A DNA stretch of 64,000 nucleotides from Paraspadella gotoi (Eukaryota > Animalia > Chaetognatha): positions 13,610,790 through 13,674,789 of the forward strand of contig CM119269.1 of the NCBI GenBank assembly GCA_051294375.1, given 5' to 3'. Shown piece after piece: positions 13,001 through 27,077 of the stretch. The translations under genes were made by a program, and so were the position numbers. Under the pieces are notes generated by a model. It did not search any database. It was not told the DNA's origin and saw only the letters and a program-made list of their open reading frames with translations. Numbering within the stretch: the first letter of the stretch is position 1; each line of letters starts with the position of its first letter.

Positions 13001-15957
13001 GAATGATTAAATGATCCCTTATCATTTACTTTATTTTATAATGTTCGAGTCCGTTGATGTCGTCGATGATAGTAATTAAATTATTTGCGTAGATACTTTC
13101 TTGTAAACTACCTGAAAAACGTAAAAACTGTTAGGCGTATTTCTTTATTAAAAGTATTAATAAAGAATGATATATTAGATCAAATGTAAAAATATATAAT
13201 AATAATCTGATATAAAAGAAAATGTTTAGGCTGGGGTCATTATAATTCCTTTTTACTTTTTAAAACTGTGCATGTTACTAGTTTGTGTCCCAAAAATAAC
13301 GTACGATTTGAAAAAAATAACCCAAACAATAATTTTGTGGATTTTTGTACAAAAATGTATATAATCTTATAATCTTAGATTTTTTTACATCGTAAAATAA
13401 AAAGTGAGGCCGAGCAACTATTCAGACTTTCTAAATTTTGTTTCATTAAAAACTTTCAGTCGTACGGTATATTTTTTTTTTTTTTTGACAGATGATACCT
13501 TGCTGACTTTCTTATTGTTATTGTGTTCTTATTTCCTCCTCATAAATATAATATTATATTTATCGAGTTGATACATATTTATTAACCGGATGTCGATTTC
13601 CCCCCTCCCTTTCCCCAGGTTAAAAAACTCAAGACTGGAGCTAAATCACGAATCCAAATCCTTAAATCACAAACGGCGCTGGTTCCGCGCGAGAGATCCT
13701 CTCGTCTCTTTGCCACTTGACTAGTCCTTTTATTTCTCGCTCAGTTTTACTCAGTTTTTCTTTTTTTTTTCGAGAAAGAGTTTATAGTAAGAAAAAAAAA
13801 ATCGCACCTCTTCTCTTGTCGCAACCAGAGCCATGATTCACTACAGAGTGGTAAATACAACAACAAAAATGAATATGGTAAAAGGTTTGAAGGGAAAATG
13901 CGAAAACCATAAAGACGGCTTCAATGATATTGTTATAAAAAAAATTTTGAAAAATATTTGCGATTTTACACAAATGAAAGGAAATAGAATGCTTTTTCGT
14001 TTCTATTTTGATTTTTTTTAAAGGACATAGAGGTTTACTTCGTAGCCGAATATCAATCTTAACCGTAATTTGCGTTACAAATTATCATTTAATATAAGTA
14101 CATAACCTCTTATGCCCGAAAAACTTTCTACTCCAATTAATTAATTCTTATAGTTTGGTCATTTTTACATGGAGATTTTTTTTAATTTTAACTCGATGAT
14201 AGATTAATTATTTTATTAAAAATGGGGGTTATCAGCGAAGCATTAGTAAAGACTTGGTTTCGCTTAATTTGTCGTTCTCGATGTTGTAAAAGAAAAGTAA
14301 ACGGTTAAACTAAGTTTTCGGCCTTAATAATTATTTTCTTTTATAAATCATAAGTAATTTGAAGTGACTTGTAAATAACTGCTGAATAAAAGTAAAAATA
14401 AAAATTACATGTAAAATTTGTGTTCAGACCAAGTTATATTTTATTTCAAACACTTAATCAGCTCTTGTCATTGAGCTTATACTACTTTCTATGTTGCGAT
14501 TCATTCATCCTTTGATTTTATCACTATACACTGAATGTAACATTACCATCATTGCATTCTCCATAATTTTTATGCGCTCTAATATTTTAATATAGGATAA
14601 ATCAGTCTATCATCGCTTAAATACGTCTAGATTTTCATTTACCAAATTAGCGAAATAATCTCCATGAAAGATGAATAATGTAATATTCTATTTCAGGTTC
14701 ATCGCAGGAAAATTCGAAGGATGTTGACTAAGCTTTAGTTCAATTATTATGGCAGCCTCTAAAAATTTTTTTTTCATAAAAAAATGATTTTCGTTCGGCT
14801 AAATTAAATTATTTTTAGTGATATAGAAACAAGATTCTTGGTTAAGTTTTAATGAATCTTTTTTAATCGTCTCGAAATTTTGCTCTCATTTTTTTAATTT
14901 CTCAACATCCATCGAAATGGTTGCAAAATCTAATTGTTTTTATTCACTGTAACACAAACCATCTGTAGAAAACATAAAACGATATATCATCTGTTAAATT
15001 AGAATTTGCAACGTTTAGTAATTGCTGGGAGAAAACTCAAGAAGTAGTTGTTTGGAGGAGAAGGTTGTTGAAACATGATCACATCGCATATAAGGATTAA
15101 ATTTATACCCATTCAAATAAGTTATATGTATACAAAATTCGTTATGCGGTAGGTTCCAATCTTTTTATTAACGAAACTGCATATAAATTTTTTTTAAAGT
15201 TTACTTTTTTAAAAAATATTAATTAGCTTTTTATGGTTTTCGCAATACTTAAGGATTCATTGAAATTATATTATGACAGTGTCTGTGGGTAGGAATAAAA
15301 TTCATGAAAATGTTTAAAATTGTTAATTATTTTAAACTTAAATTCTAGATGAATTTGAAAATGATTAACATGGTTTATTGTAATGTTATTCATAAAAGGT
15401 ATAAATTCAATGAATCTCTTATATATTATGGTTCTCCACTTTTTCATGGCATTTTAACGAAATATTGTTCATATATAGATACGGAGAACTGTAATGTATA
15501 CTAGGTACCTTTTTGGCAATTGTTAACTCGGTCTCTAATCTTCTTGATGTTTGTGTTTCTAGGTTGAACGAGTTGATTGCTCCACTGGAACAATATTAGG
15601 TTAGTTTGGGGAGCTTTTTTATTTTTTTGTTTTGACTGGATATTTAGTGTTGTATGAATAAGTTCCATCCTTTGTAATGATTTAGGAAGACTGTCTAATC
15701 TTGATGGGTGTCTGTAGAAAATTAGTGGAGTGAATGAGTGAATTATATTAATATTAGGAATAAGTAGGTTGGAACTTGAAAGCGATTATTTACAAGCTGC
15801 AAAGCTCGAGGTCAGTGGGGACCGATAACTGTGTGGGTCAGGTTCTATATTTTATTTTTGGAAGACTAGACGTTTTGAATTAGGCTATCATTTTGTAATG
15901 CTCATTGATCATTTTCTTTGTTTCCCCTTTTGTAATAGAATTTGAAAATCGGACGCG

Positions 15958-18900
15958 ATGGATTTGGAGAAAGCGAAGCTACGGTGAGTTAATAAGCGTT
16001 ATCTCGCCAGACGGGCGAATGCCCGACTTGGGCGAGATGTTAATTCGTTTGCTTCTTTTGACCGTAGTTGTTGTCACGCTGTTTTAATATTAAAAATAGC
16101 TTAAGGGGACCCAGTGATAAAAATGATTCATAAGCCTTAAGGGTCTATCATCAAAGGAATTGAATGTGGATAGTCATTTATTTTTCTTTGCACGGGAAAG
16201 TGTCAAAAAAATTCCTATCTCTTATTCTAGCGGAAACAAAAATTTAATAATTATGAAAAAAAAATTTAGTTGACCCTACCTAAAATATTATATAATCCAT
16301 TATTTTATTTTTGCATTAGAAAGTATTTTTTACTAAATTCCAATTTTTTTATTTTTTACTATACAAAGCTATAATTTTAGGTTTAAGCCTCATTTGAACA
16401 AAGGCTTTACAAGACTAATTTTTTTTTTTTATATTTATTTAAAAGCAGATAAATCAAACCTAAATTCTATTCTTACAGAAACAAAACTGTAATAATTATT
16501 AATTAATATTCATATTCATCCCTTAAATGTATAATTAAACTTATATGATTCCTAATTATAACAATTAAAAATTTAGCAAAAGTACAGAATCTTTTTTCTT
16601 CTTTATTATATTTATATTACTTCAAAGAGTTTTATTTTCATCCAATTAACAGAATCATTTGAAAAGAAAGTTTAAATAAAATCAGTCGATACCTTAAATT
16701 TTGATTCATTCCTAGTTTTTTTTCTTATTAAATTTTTGTGATAAAAGCTGAAAATCTTTTAAAATTAGATCTTACCCTTTTTGGAAAAAAAAAATTTTAA
16801 ACTTGAAAAAGATTTTCTTCTTACCGATTTTTTAAAGAAAATTAAGCTCCTGATTTTATCGAATTTTTTAACTACTTTCCCAAATGATTATAGAAGAAAA
16901 AATTATATGATCAGAACCAGCTTAAGTTTTAAGGGTCAAACGTTATGTTTTCAGCTTTTTTACCCCCCCTGTTCACTTGGTCCCCTTAAGTGTGTAACCA
17001 TAGGAGGCTAAAATTTTAGATATAGCTTCTAATCAGCAAGATTTTTTAGATTCACGTTTTATATTCTTCTACTCATTTATTTATAAAATAATTATTATAT
17101 ATATATAAGTTTAGCTGTCCAGTTTTCTCTTTTAAATATATATCGCTCTCTCTCTCTTTCTTAATTATACGTTGCTCTTTTTTTTTCCATCGCTGCTTCT
17201 TCAGATTCGTTTAAAAACGAGTTAAGCTTTGCAGCGGCTGTCCAACATTTTATTCTATTTTTTTTTTTTTTCTCTCTCTTTCATTCATATACACATTTGT
17301 TTGTTTTTATTTATAATGAATGAATCATCACATCAATAAATGATTGTTATCAAATCAATGAATAACTATCACCGCGTTAATGAATGATTATCATTGTATT
17401 AATATTTAGTTATTGTATCAATATTTGGTTATCATCGCATAAATAATTAATTATTATTACATCAGATGATCAATTATTATTACATCAGTTAATTACTATT
17501 ACACCAATCGATAACTATTACATCAATAATTCGTTATCGCATCAATCCTTTTTTTTTTAATTTTTCATTAATTTTCTTTGATAGTAACGTCTGGCGAGAT
17601 CACTATACTTTTAAGATTTTTTTCGCTCGTGATTTTCAGTCTTCTTTTCAAATATATTTCATATTAAACTTTTAGGGAGGATTGCGATCCTGGTCTTGTC
17701 CCGGACGACGAATCGAGGCCGCAGGAAAAAGAAGCGATGATTAAAAACGAGGCTGCAGTCCCAGCGCAAATAGTACGTTTTGACTTCAGATTATTATTAT
17801 TATTATTATATTTCATAATAATAATAATATTTGTTCGGCTAATCCATCTGTCGCCATCCTGACAGCCTTTGCCTCGAGCACTTTCCGAATCAACGATCGA
17901 TTCCAACTCAACCATCGATCGCGGAACCTGGGGAAAGAAGCTCGAGTTCATGCTCACCTGCATCTCTTACGCTGTTGGGTCAGTTCATTTGCTCTTTGAA
18001 TATTCTTCATTGTCAGATCCCATTGTGGGATTGTTTTCATTCTATTCTTCTTGTGTTGTTCCCTTACGCCAATCACCGCGGGCCTGGGTTTTTTTAAATC
18101 TCTACTTTTGCTCTTACCCTTATTATCGCGATAACTATGACCGTGATCATTTTCCTCAATGTAGTCTCGGAAATTTTTGGCGCTTTCCTTATTTGTGCTA
18201 CAAGAACGGTGGTGGAGCGTTTCTGATTCCATACTTCACGATGCTTGCCATTTGCGGAATGCCCATCTTCTTCATGGAACTCGCCTTCGGGCAGTTTGCG
18301 TCTCTCGGACCGCTTGCCATTTGGAAAGTCTGCCCAATATTCAAGGGTGAGATTGAAAAATAAATGGTTTAACCCTGATTGTTTAGTTTTGTCCCTTTTT
18401 TAATTTTTAGAGGCTTTAAAGTAATAAAAATTAATCAAAAATCTTTGCATCCTAGGTATTGGCCACAGCATGGTGTTGTCGTCATTATTCATCTGCATTT
18501 ACTTCGCGGTCATCATATCTTACGTGGTTTTTTACTTTTTCTCCAGCTTCACTGCTGATCTTCCTTGGGAAAAGTTAGTATGAAGTTTCGTCAAAAAAAA
18601 TAGGCCTATACAATTAGTAATATCGAAATTAAGATTAAGGAATGAAAACCTCTGGAATTTTAAGTCGACGCACAATTGACACTTAAACCTTATAATAATT
18701 TTTCATTTTTTTTTTCTAATTTTCCTTATCTTTTTAAAGTTGTGGAAACGATTGGAACACTGCCAATTGCATGGCGCGCCAACTCTCACCCAGCGAAGCC
18801 GTGACATTCTCAAACAACGTAACCAACGCCACCATGGCCGCCACGTCCACCTCGGCGTCAGTGGCGACGACGACGCCGTCCGAAGAGTATTTCTTCCGCT

Positions 18901-21155
18901 TCGTCCTGCGAATGAGCGACGGGATCGAGAACATCGGCGCCGTCAATTGGCCGCTGCTCGGCGCACTGGCCATGGTCTGGATCTTGGCCTGCTTGGCTCT
19001 CATCAAAGGGATACATTCGCTTGGAAAGGTGATTTGGTCGGAGACGAGAATGAATGGTTATCGTCGCGTTCCATCTTAAGTCACTTTCTTGCCTCCCTTT
19101 TCACAGGTGTCCTACCTGACAGCGACCTTTCCATACATCTGCATCACTGCCCTTCTGATCAACGCAGTCCAACTGGACGGCGCCAAAGACGGAATCATCT
19201 TCTACTTGACGCCCGATTTTTCGAGGCTTCTCGATCCTCAAGTTTGGTCCGACGCCGCTATTCAGGTCGGCATTAACTTCTTTGTGAAATGTTATCAAAT
19301 TTATAGAAGGTCTCGTTTTATTTAAAATGAAACCTCCCATTCCTGTTTTCAGATTTTCTACTCCATGGGTCCTTGCATCGGTTCCCTCATCATGATGGGC
19401 TCCTTCAACAAGTTCGACAACAACTGCAAACGAGACACCATCCTCGTTTGTCTCATCAACTGCCTCACCTCTTTCTACGGAGGATTCGCCATCTTCGCCG
19501 TGCTGGGGTTCATGGCCAAGCAAGCCGGCGTGGAGATCAGCAAGGTTTGGGTCGACCATCGATGAGATTTTATTAATGTGACAAATTTAGGGATTTCAGA
19601 TTTAAAAATGACTTTTTTTCTCCACCAGGTGGCGCAGTCCGGCCCCGGCTTGACTTTTGTGGTCTATCCCGAGGGGTTGGCGCAGATGCCTGCTGCCCCC
19701 GTCTGGTGCGTCCTGTTCTTCGCGATGATGTTTATCGTCGGCATGGGGACTTTGCTGGGGATGTTCGAGGCCGTCCTCACCGCCGTCGAGGACGAGTTTC
19801 CCATCTGCCGAAGGGTGAGTAAATCTCACAAATCATCTAAAACTCACCCTGGTTAGTCGTTTTAAACGGCGGCGATAACCTTTCCCCCCTATCTCTACAG
19901 CGAAGATCGTGGTTCCGCGTCTCCGCCTGCGCCGCCGCTTTTCTCCTCGGATTTCCGCAAATGACGCAGGGAGGATTCTACATCATGAACCTGATGGACG
20001 CCAACGTTGGCGGCTTCAATCTCCTCATCATCGGCGTGCTCGAAATCTCCGTCGTCATGTTCGTCTACGGATATAAGAGGTGGGCGAGGATTTTACACCA
20101 TAAACCTGAATGAAATGATAACTTTTGTATATTTTATATATTGTGGTAACAATTTTATAAGGCTTATGATCTGTTTTTAGAGAGGAAAATGAATAAAATA
20201 TAATAATTCGTAAAAGTAATGATAAAATAATAGATGAATTAATTGATGAATAAACATTAAACAATAAATAAATATAATAATATATTGAATCAATGATAAA
20301 GAAATAATAAATAACAATATATTATATTTAGTTTGCTTTTTACCTCCAGGTTTTCCGATGATATCGCGCTGATGCTCGGTCGACGCCCCGAGCTCTACTG
20401 GCGCGTTTGTTGGCAGGGACTTTCCCTCATCACTCTCACGGGGATTTTAGTCTTCATGTTCTTCAAGTACACGCCGCCCACTTGCGGCGACTACGTCTAT
20501 CCTCAATGGGCTGTCGTCCTCGGTACGAAGTCTTGGCAACGGCAACTGAACATAATTATTTCTAGAAATAAATACATAGGCTTTGGACAGGCTATTATGG
20601 ATTAAGACTTTCTATTCCTAAATGATAACACAGCAAAAGCCTGTAGGGCTGTGTAGGCTTTTTATTAAGACTCACGCAGTCAAGTTTATTCACTAGGCTA
20701 GGCTTATTTATCAATTATCAATGAAGTGGCAAAATATTTTTAGCGTTTTGAACTGGAATTTTAACGTTTTTTTCAGGGTGGTTGATGACCATCTCGACCG
20801 TCGTCTCCATCCCCCTTCTCGCCGTCCTCACCTTCGGCGTCCGTCTCTTCAACTTCTCTCCCCCTCGTCCCCAAGTTGAGCCGGCGGAGGGCGTCTCCGC
20901 GCGTCTCTTCGCCCTCTGGCGGTTGTTGGCGGAGACGTTCAAGTCCGTCTTGCGACCAGACGCGGATTGGGGCCCGGCGGTCAAGGGACAAAGCGGTGGA
21001 CAATCCTGTGTAAAGGTTGGTTCTCTTTTTTCGGTTTTCATGAGGGGGACCGTTTCTGTGGAGGCTGAGTCGGTCCTTCACAGTTTCATCTGAATTCATT
21101 AACTTTTGTCCTTTAGGCGAGTGAATTCAATTTCGTCCAGTCGACTCAACCGTGA
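15958..21155 (+). CDS. SLC6/NSS Na+/Cl- dependent amino-acid transporter (proline/glycine-transporter-like); ~13 coding exons
   Basis: [20 protein letters not shown]|[77 protein letters not shown] and PDADWGP. Gly rather than Asp in TM1 indicates an amino-acid, not monoamine, transporter. Start inferred from the 26-nt exon 15958-15983 (MDLEKAKLR). Confidence 0.93.
16105..16985. mobile_element. Kolobok-type MITE in SLC6 intron
   Basis: TTAA on both sides (16101-16104, 16986-16989). 13-bp TIR GGGGACCCAGTGA / TCACTTGGTCCCC with one mismatch. RR...YY termini fit Kolobok rather than piggyBac. Confidence 0.75.
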
Positions 21156-21883
21156 TTTTTGAAAGTGCTACTCCGAAAGGATTTTCCGTATTGATTCTGT
21201 GACCGTCGTCGCTTCTTAATTTCCAATATTAATACTGAACGTTGTGATTGACTCCATCCTAATTTCTATTTGCACTCCACCACAATTTTTTTAGTCTTCC
21301 TTCAAACGAAAAATGATTTTTTGGTAGTATTTTCCAACAACGCTAGATTATTTTCTCTAATCCTTAAAATTCTATTTAAAAAAAAAAAAGTTTCCTATTC
21401 AATCAAATGTCAGATTTCGTAATTTCAACGCGACATCATATTCTTAATCTTAGTAGATAGTATATCTTTATCTGATTTATCCGAAATTATGTCTCTTTCG
21501 AATTTTCTCAAGCATTTCAAATGTTGGAGAATATCCTCGTAACATAAATTTATTTTCGATTAAGTTACCCTGGTCTAGTCGTGTTGTGTGACCCGTCTTT
21601 TCTCATAACTGATTCGTTGACCATGATAAACCTTTTTTTCTCGAAACGATTAATGCCGAGGGCACCTGGGCGCCCGTGTGTTGTGTAATTTCTTAGATTT
21701 TGTTATCATGTTAAGGATAAATATTAAGATCCAAGAAAAAGTATATTTTTTAATATATATATATATATGTATTTTTGAAGTATTTCAAGTTAAGTCACCT
21801 ATTTTGAAGGTTCGTATTTCCCACAAAGCTATTTTCTTTAATAAAATATGTACTATGTAAAACTTTGGCTGGAAACTGGCCAT

Positions 21884-22023
21884 TTAAGGGTAATTTCATT
21901 AATTTCGAGCAATGTGCCAGGACGTAACTCATTTCATGGGGGCACTTTTATATGTAAGTTTATTAGTAAAGCTTAAAAACCTAACATTTTTAAATTGTAC
22001 GAAAAGTTAATGAATTACCTTAT
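21884..22023. mobile_element. Short degenerate MITE-like inverted repeat
   Basis: TTAAGGGTAATTTCATTAATTTCG is inverted-complementary to CGAAAAGTTAATGAATTACCTTA. Confidence 0.4.
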
Positions 22024-22943
22024 AAAAAATATTTTTGTTTGTAGTAGTTTCATCATCGCCTTTGTAAGGTTTGGTATCCTAAATCCACTTTCCAAGGAAG
22101 TAAAGGCATAAATATTTCCTCGCCAAATCTTATTGTTATTAATTTTGTACTAATTTGCCAAGCGTACGATTGGCAGAAACTGAAAGTTTGTCATGAACAT
22201 TTGTTCCTTCCGACTCGTGATGTTCGCGAATCGGTCGGAGTTGTTCTTTAATATTGTTACAGTCGATATCACTTGCTACATTTTTTTAATGTACTGTTTG
22301 ATTTTTTTTTAATTTTTTTTTTTCAATTCTACATAAAATCCAAATTTTTTTTCCGGATTTGCAATCCTCGAACTGCAACTATGTGCAGGCACAGATAAAA
22401 CTTTCCCGATACAATCATATTTTTAAAATCCTTTTTTCTTAGCTCGTCTCGGTTGTATCCTTAGCCCGATCCTAGTTTTTGACATCTTCGTTATGCTATT
22501 TTTACCTGTGTTATCGCCGACTGTATTGTTGAACAATATAACTATCATGTCTCACTTTACTTGGCTTCTTTTTTAACGAGGAAGTTGTATAAAGTTTTGA
22601 AATGTTAGACATAGAGTAGAGCTCTAGAGAACAAAAATTAGATTTAAGTGAACAAACAAGAATATTTAGATGTGAGATAGTATGATTTTTTGGGGAACAG
22701 TATCATAAAATACAATATAGGCTTATTTTTACATTCGCCGACCAAGATTTTTGTATAAGAATCTCTCTACGCAAAAATTAAAAAAAAATATTGGAAAGGG
22801 TAAAAAAATTTATTACAAATTCTTAACCATCTTTAACCAACCTTAACACAATTGTTAACCGTTTAAAAAATATAACATAAAAATATTGTTCCTTTCTTCT
22901 TGTTTATTTACGCAAAACGAGTTTTAATAAAAAACATAATTTT

Positions 22944-22979
22944 CGAACATTTTTCGGCATCAATGTAAACCTTCATCAG
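22944..22979 (-). ncRNA. Degenerate minimal type I hammerhead ribozyme
   Basis: CTGATGA-A-GGTTT-ACATTG-ATGCC-GAAA-AATGT-T. Confidence 0.55.
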
Positions 22980-23086
22980 AGTAAAAACGAATTGATTTGT
23001 GAAACAAATATTTTTACAGACTGAAATTTGAAGAGAGAGAGAGAAAGTCTTTAAAAATATTTGTTTCACAAATAAATTCGTTTGTG

Positions 23087-23135
23087 CGCTGATGAAGGCT
23101 TACATTGTTAAGTTACATTGAAGCTGAAACATCCG
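23087..23135 (+). ncRNA. Degenerate minimal type I hammerhead ribozyme
   Basis: CG-CTGATGA-A-GGCTT-(loop with duplicated TTACATTG)-AAGCT-GAAACA--TC-CG; helix III has lost 2 nt. Confidence 0.55.
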
Positions 23136-25166
23136 AAATTTCTTATAATATTTTCTTTATAAAACTTGTATGTAAACAAATAATTCATTTTCTACCTCAA
23201 ACATAAAAATAGCGATTAAAATAAATTTAATATATTTATTTATTATAAAATTATGAAATTTGTATTATTGAATTAACAAAAATGTATATTATTGCGCAAA
23301 CTGAGACTCGACTCTAAAGGGAAAAAAATTAAATTAACAAAACACCGACCGGTGGTACCTGGTTACGGTCGTCGAATAGTAAAGTTATAATATGTATATA
23401 TTTATAGAAATATCCTTATAGAATTATAAATTTTAAAATTATTTTTTAGGGAATTTTTATTACAAATTCCGATTCTTTATTAAAAGTTAAATAAAAAATA
23501 TAAAACATGTTATCAAAAATTTTAATGTCTTCTGCATCAGAAACAAAAAAAGTTAAATTTTATTACTTTTTCATGTTCTGTAGCAGAAACTATTATAAAA
23601 TTAAACGTTTTACTCATTTTTCACAGTTTTAATATAAAAATATTATATAAATTATTTTACAAAAGTTTAGGGTTAGGGGTGATTACAGGTTAGGGTATAG
23701 AGGTTTTAAGGTTAGGGTAATTAGGTAATAATTTTTTAAGGAGTTTTTCAAAAGACGCTAGAAACCCGGTCGGAGAAAGTAAAATTTTAACATATTGATG
23801 CATCTTTGGATAAAATTTTTTTTTAATTATAAACATTTTAATTTAACATTAACATTTAGCATTAAAAAATTTAATTCTGAACGCTGAAAACTTGATTTTG
23901 TTAAGTCTCCCTCGAAATTGGATTCAAATTTCAAATCACCAGGGAAATCGTCTCGATCTCGCTACAGGGAAATCGTCTCGTTCTCTGTCTGTCTCATTGA
24001 GAATATATTTTTTTTCTCTCAATTTTGTTTTCTCGGTAAACTTCAATACTTGTGTAAGAAAAAGTAGGTGGGTTCTTGAAGACCAGTATCTACAGAGAAG
24101 AACCTTTTAAATTTTTTTTTGTAATATTTTTAACCCAAGAAATTTCAGCTTCGCTTTTTTTAAGAGACATAAAATATAATTATGTACTTAGATATTCCCG
24201 GAAAATCCCCATCGTCTCCAACGATATTTTTTTTAATTCAAAACATCCATCTCTCTCTCTCTCCGAGTCCGTCCCTCCGTCCCTCCGTCCGTCCGTCCGT
24301 CCTTCGTTATTGACGTTTATGTCGACTTGGCGTATTTTTGTTTCTTGTTTATCACGAGGGAAAATACAGCAGCGGCCCTGAGTCGATCTGTCGACGCTGA
24401 GATGAGACGAGATCGGACCACTTGGGGTTTTTTAATCACGGCTACAGTGGAGACTCTATTTGACGATTTTCTGTCTGTCTGTCTGTCTGTCTGTTCCTTC
24501 CTGTACGCTTCATCTCCGAACCCAGTGGTCACGGGTTCTAACCTTTCCTCTCGGTCACTTCAGTATTATATCAATCGGTTTGGGTAGACGGGCCGTTAGC
24601 ATAATTAATCTGGTGATCAGAATAACAATAAGCTGTCAAGGCGTCAAATTATAATTATACTTATAATAAGGAAGTTTTAAAGATGTCACGTTATTAATAT
24701 GAGCTTTAATATGAGTTTGAAAACGATATTATTTGGAAAATAATGATAACGAAGTTATTTAATAACAAAAAACGTATTTAAAACATAGTCAATTAGTTAT
24801 GATTGTTAAAAAACTGCTGGTTCAAGCGACTTCGTTAGCTCAAATACCTTCTTTTTTTTCTATCTTTCTCCTCATCGACCTTGGAGCGCCGAGCGTCGAG
24901 CGCCGAGTTTTGAACACCAATGCGCGCACATTGAACGTCGCACGCCCATTGTTCACTCATCGGTAGTCCATTGCGCGATCGATTTGCTCACCTCTTTTTA
25001 CGATCGTAAAAACTTTCCCCCGGCGTTTGCAGCGATCATGATGTAAAAAACTTACCCGTTTTTCTCGCTAAACTAATAAAGCTAACGTAATGTAACCCGT
25101 ACCTCCCTTCCCCTATGTATGTAGACACAACCCCCCTGAGGACGTATCGTTTCGGACCCTTATTCT

Positions 25167-25243
<77 letters not shown>

Positions 25244-25410
25244 CTTCCCTTTTTTTTTTATCCACGACTGTCATTGTCGGTACATTTGCAACGCTTACCT
25301 AACAAGTGTCATTGTCGAAGTCATTGTCATCCTGTCGTCGTTTTCTTTTTTCGTCGTCGTCGTCGTCGTTCCCGGTGATCACGATTTCGAAAACGAAGGA
25401 TCAAAAAATT

Positions 25411-25499
<89 letters not shown>

Positions 25500-25903
25500 C
25501 TCCCCCGCTCTCCCCCTCTTACTTATTGTATCTCTCTCATTTATTCACTTCTTACTCACTCGCTTCCTATTTTTTTTTTCCTGGATAAAAATAACATTAT
25601 CAATCAATATAATATGCAAAAATACTTGTTGCTTCTGTTAAAAAAAAAGTATTTTCTAAAAAATTATATTCGTATTGTGAGTACAAATATCCCGTGTCAC
25701 ATCATCAATTAACACAAGCGACATACAATGAAGCGTGGGATTTAAAAATTCAAAGATTCACTCTCATTTTGGCCACGTGGCTTCTTTTTGCAGATTCTTT
25801 TTTATGTTTTAAACAAATCGGTGGGGACGCCGACGCCGACGCCGAGAGCCTTTCTATCGCTTCCAAAGGTTGAGCGTCGTCGGAGCATATTCCGTCTTTG
25901 AAA

Positions 25904-26623
25904 ATGGTTCTCTTCGGCAGAAACAGCCAGGCCAGTTTATGGATGCGTCATGTCATGTCACGTCAAGTCATGCCAACATCAATATGCATTATTTTGAAAT
26001 TTATTTATCTTTTTATTTGTTTATTACCGTTTATCATGAGACATCGTAGAACCTAAAATTGATCAAACTCTTATAAAAAATTATATTTTCCATCCCGAGT
26101 GCAAGTTTAAAACATGACAACAACACACTTTTTAATCAATCTCAGAAATCAATCTCAAAATTATATTGTCAATTTCTAACCTCGTCAATTAAATAAAAAT
26201 GCCACTGCTTTACGAAATTTGGACAACCAATAGAAAAATTATTCGTTCATCCAATAATTAAACAACTTATCTAGAGTAATGGATAGTTTATAATCACGTG
26301 ATTATTATGTCATCTTTCCAGTCGTGGACGGTCGTGGAGTACAAGAACGATTACCGCAAGATGCTCTATCACTCCTTCAGCGAGCCTTACCAGAACTTGC
26401 TCGGCCGACTCGACGCCGTCAAACGGTCGGTGGAGGCGATTAAGGTGAGTACGGGTCAGGCTGCTGCCTTCGGGATTCTTTACTAAGTAAGTTACTATAA
26501 TAATTATGTTTTTTTCCCCCCAATTATCCTTCGCTCTTTATTGTTTTCTTTTTTTTTTTTTCTCTTTCTCCTTCTCGTTTCCATTTTTAATTTCTCTCTT
26601 TTATTCTTTTATTTCTTTTTTTT

Positions 26624-26658
<35 letters not shown>

Positions 26659-26786
26659 CTTTCTTCTTTCTTTCTTTCTTTCTTTCTTGCTTTCTTTAAT
26701 TGCTTTTTTCTTCTCTCTTCTTTCTTTTCCTCTTCTGTCCCTCTTTCCACGCCTCCCTCCTTCCCTACTCCACCTATTCTCTCTCT

Positions 26787-26852
<66 letters not shown>

Positions 26853-27077
26853 CTTCTTCTCTCTCTCTCTCTTCTTCTCTCTCTCTCTCTCTCCAAGGCG
26901 CCAAGCCTCAACACGGTTTGGAACTCGCCCACCCGATGGAATCCCTCCAAATGGCGCAGCCTCTCGACCTCCGCCACCAAAACTTTCCATTTCACTGACA
27001 TCGACGGAAAACCGATCAAGAAGCAATTCCGCTACGTGCCCAAGTCTTACGAGTGGGAGAGAAAGAAGAAGAAGTAA
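25904..27077 (+). CDS. Small basic orphan protein (~109 aa); exons 25904-25930 (tentative), 26322-26444, 26898-27077
   Basis: GC-rich exons spliced in phase 0 give SWTVVEYKNDYRKMLYHSFSEPYQNLLGRLDAVKRSVEAIK|APSLNTVWNSPTRWNPSKWRSLSTSATKTFHFTDIDGKPIKKQFRYVPKSYEWERKKKK*. First exon MVLFGRNSQ inferred from a strong Kozak context (AAAATGG) and a GC donor. Confidence 0.7.

Larger units (their letters stand above)
22886..23199. mobile_element. Palindromic dual-hammerhead element, copy A (degenerate)
   Basis: Inverted arms around an (AG)n core, hammerhead-like cores on both strands, and a 12-bp flanking direct repeat AACATAAAAATA (22874-22885, 23200-23211). Confidence 0.7.

Noticed and set aside
24505-24560. 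B-box-like GGTTCTAACC suggesting a tRNA
   Set aside because: No cloverleaf or clear A box; at most a SINE fragment.
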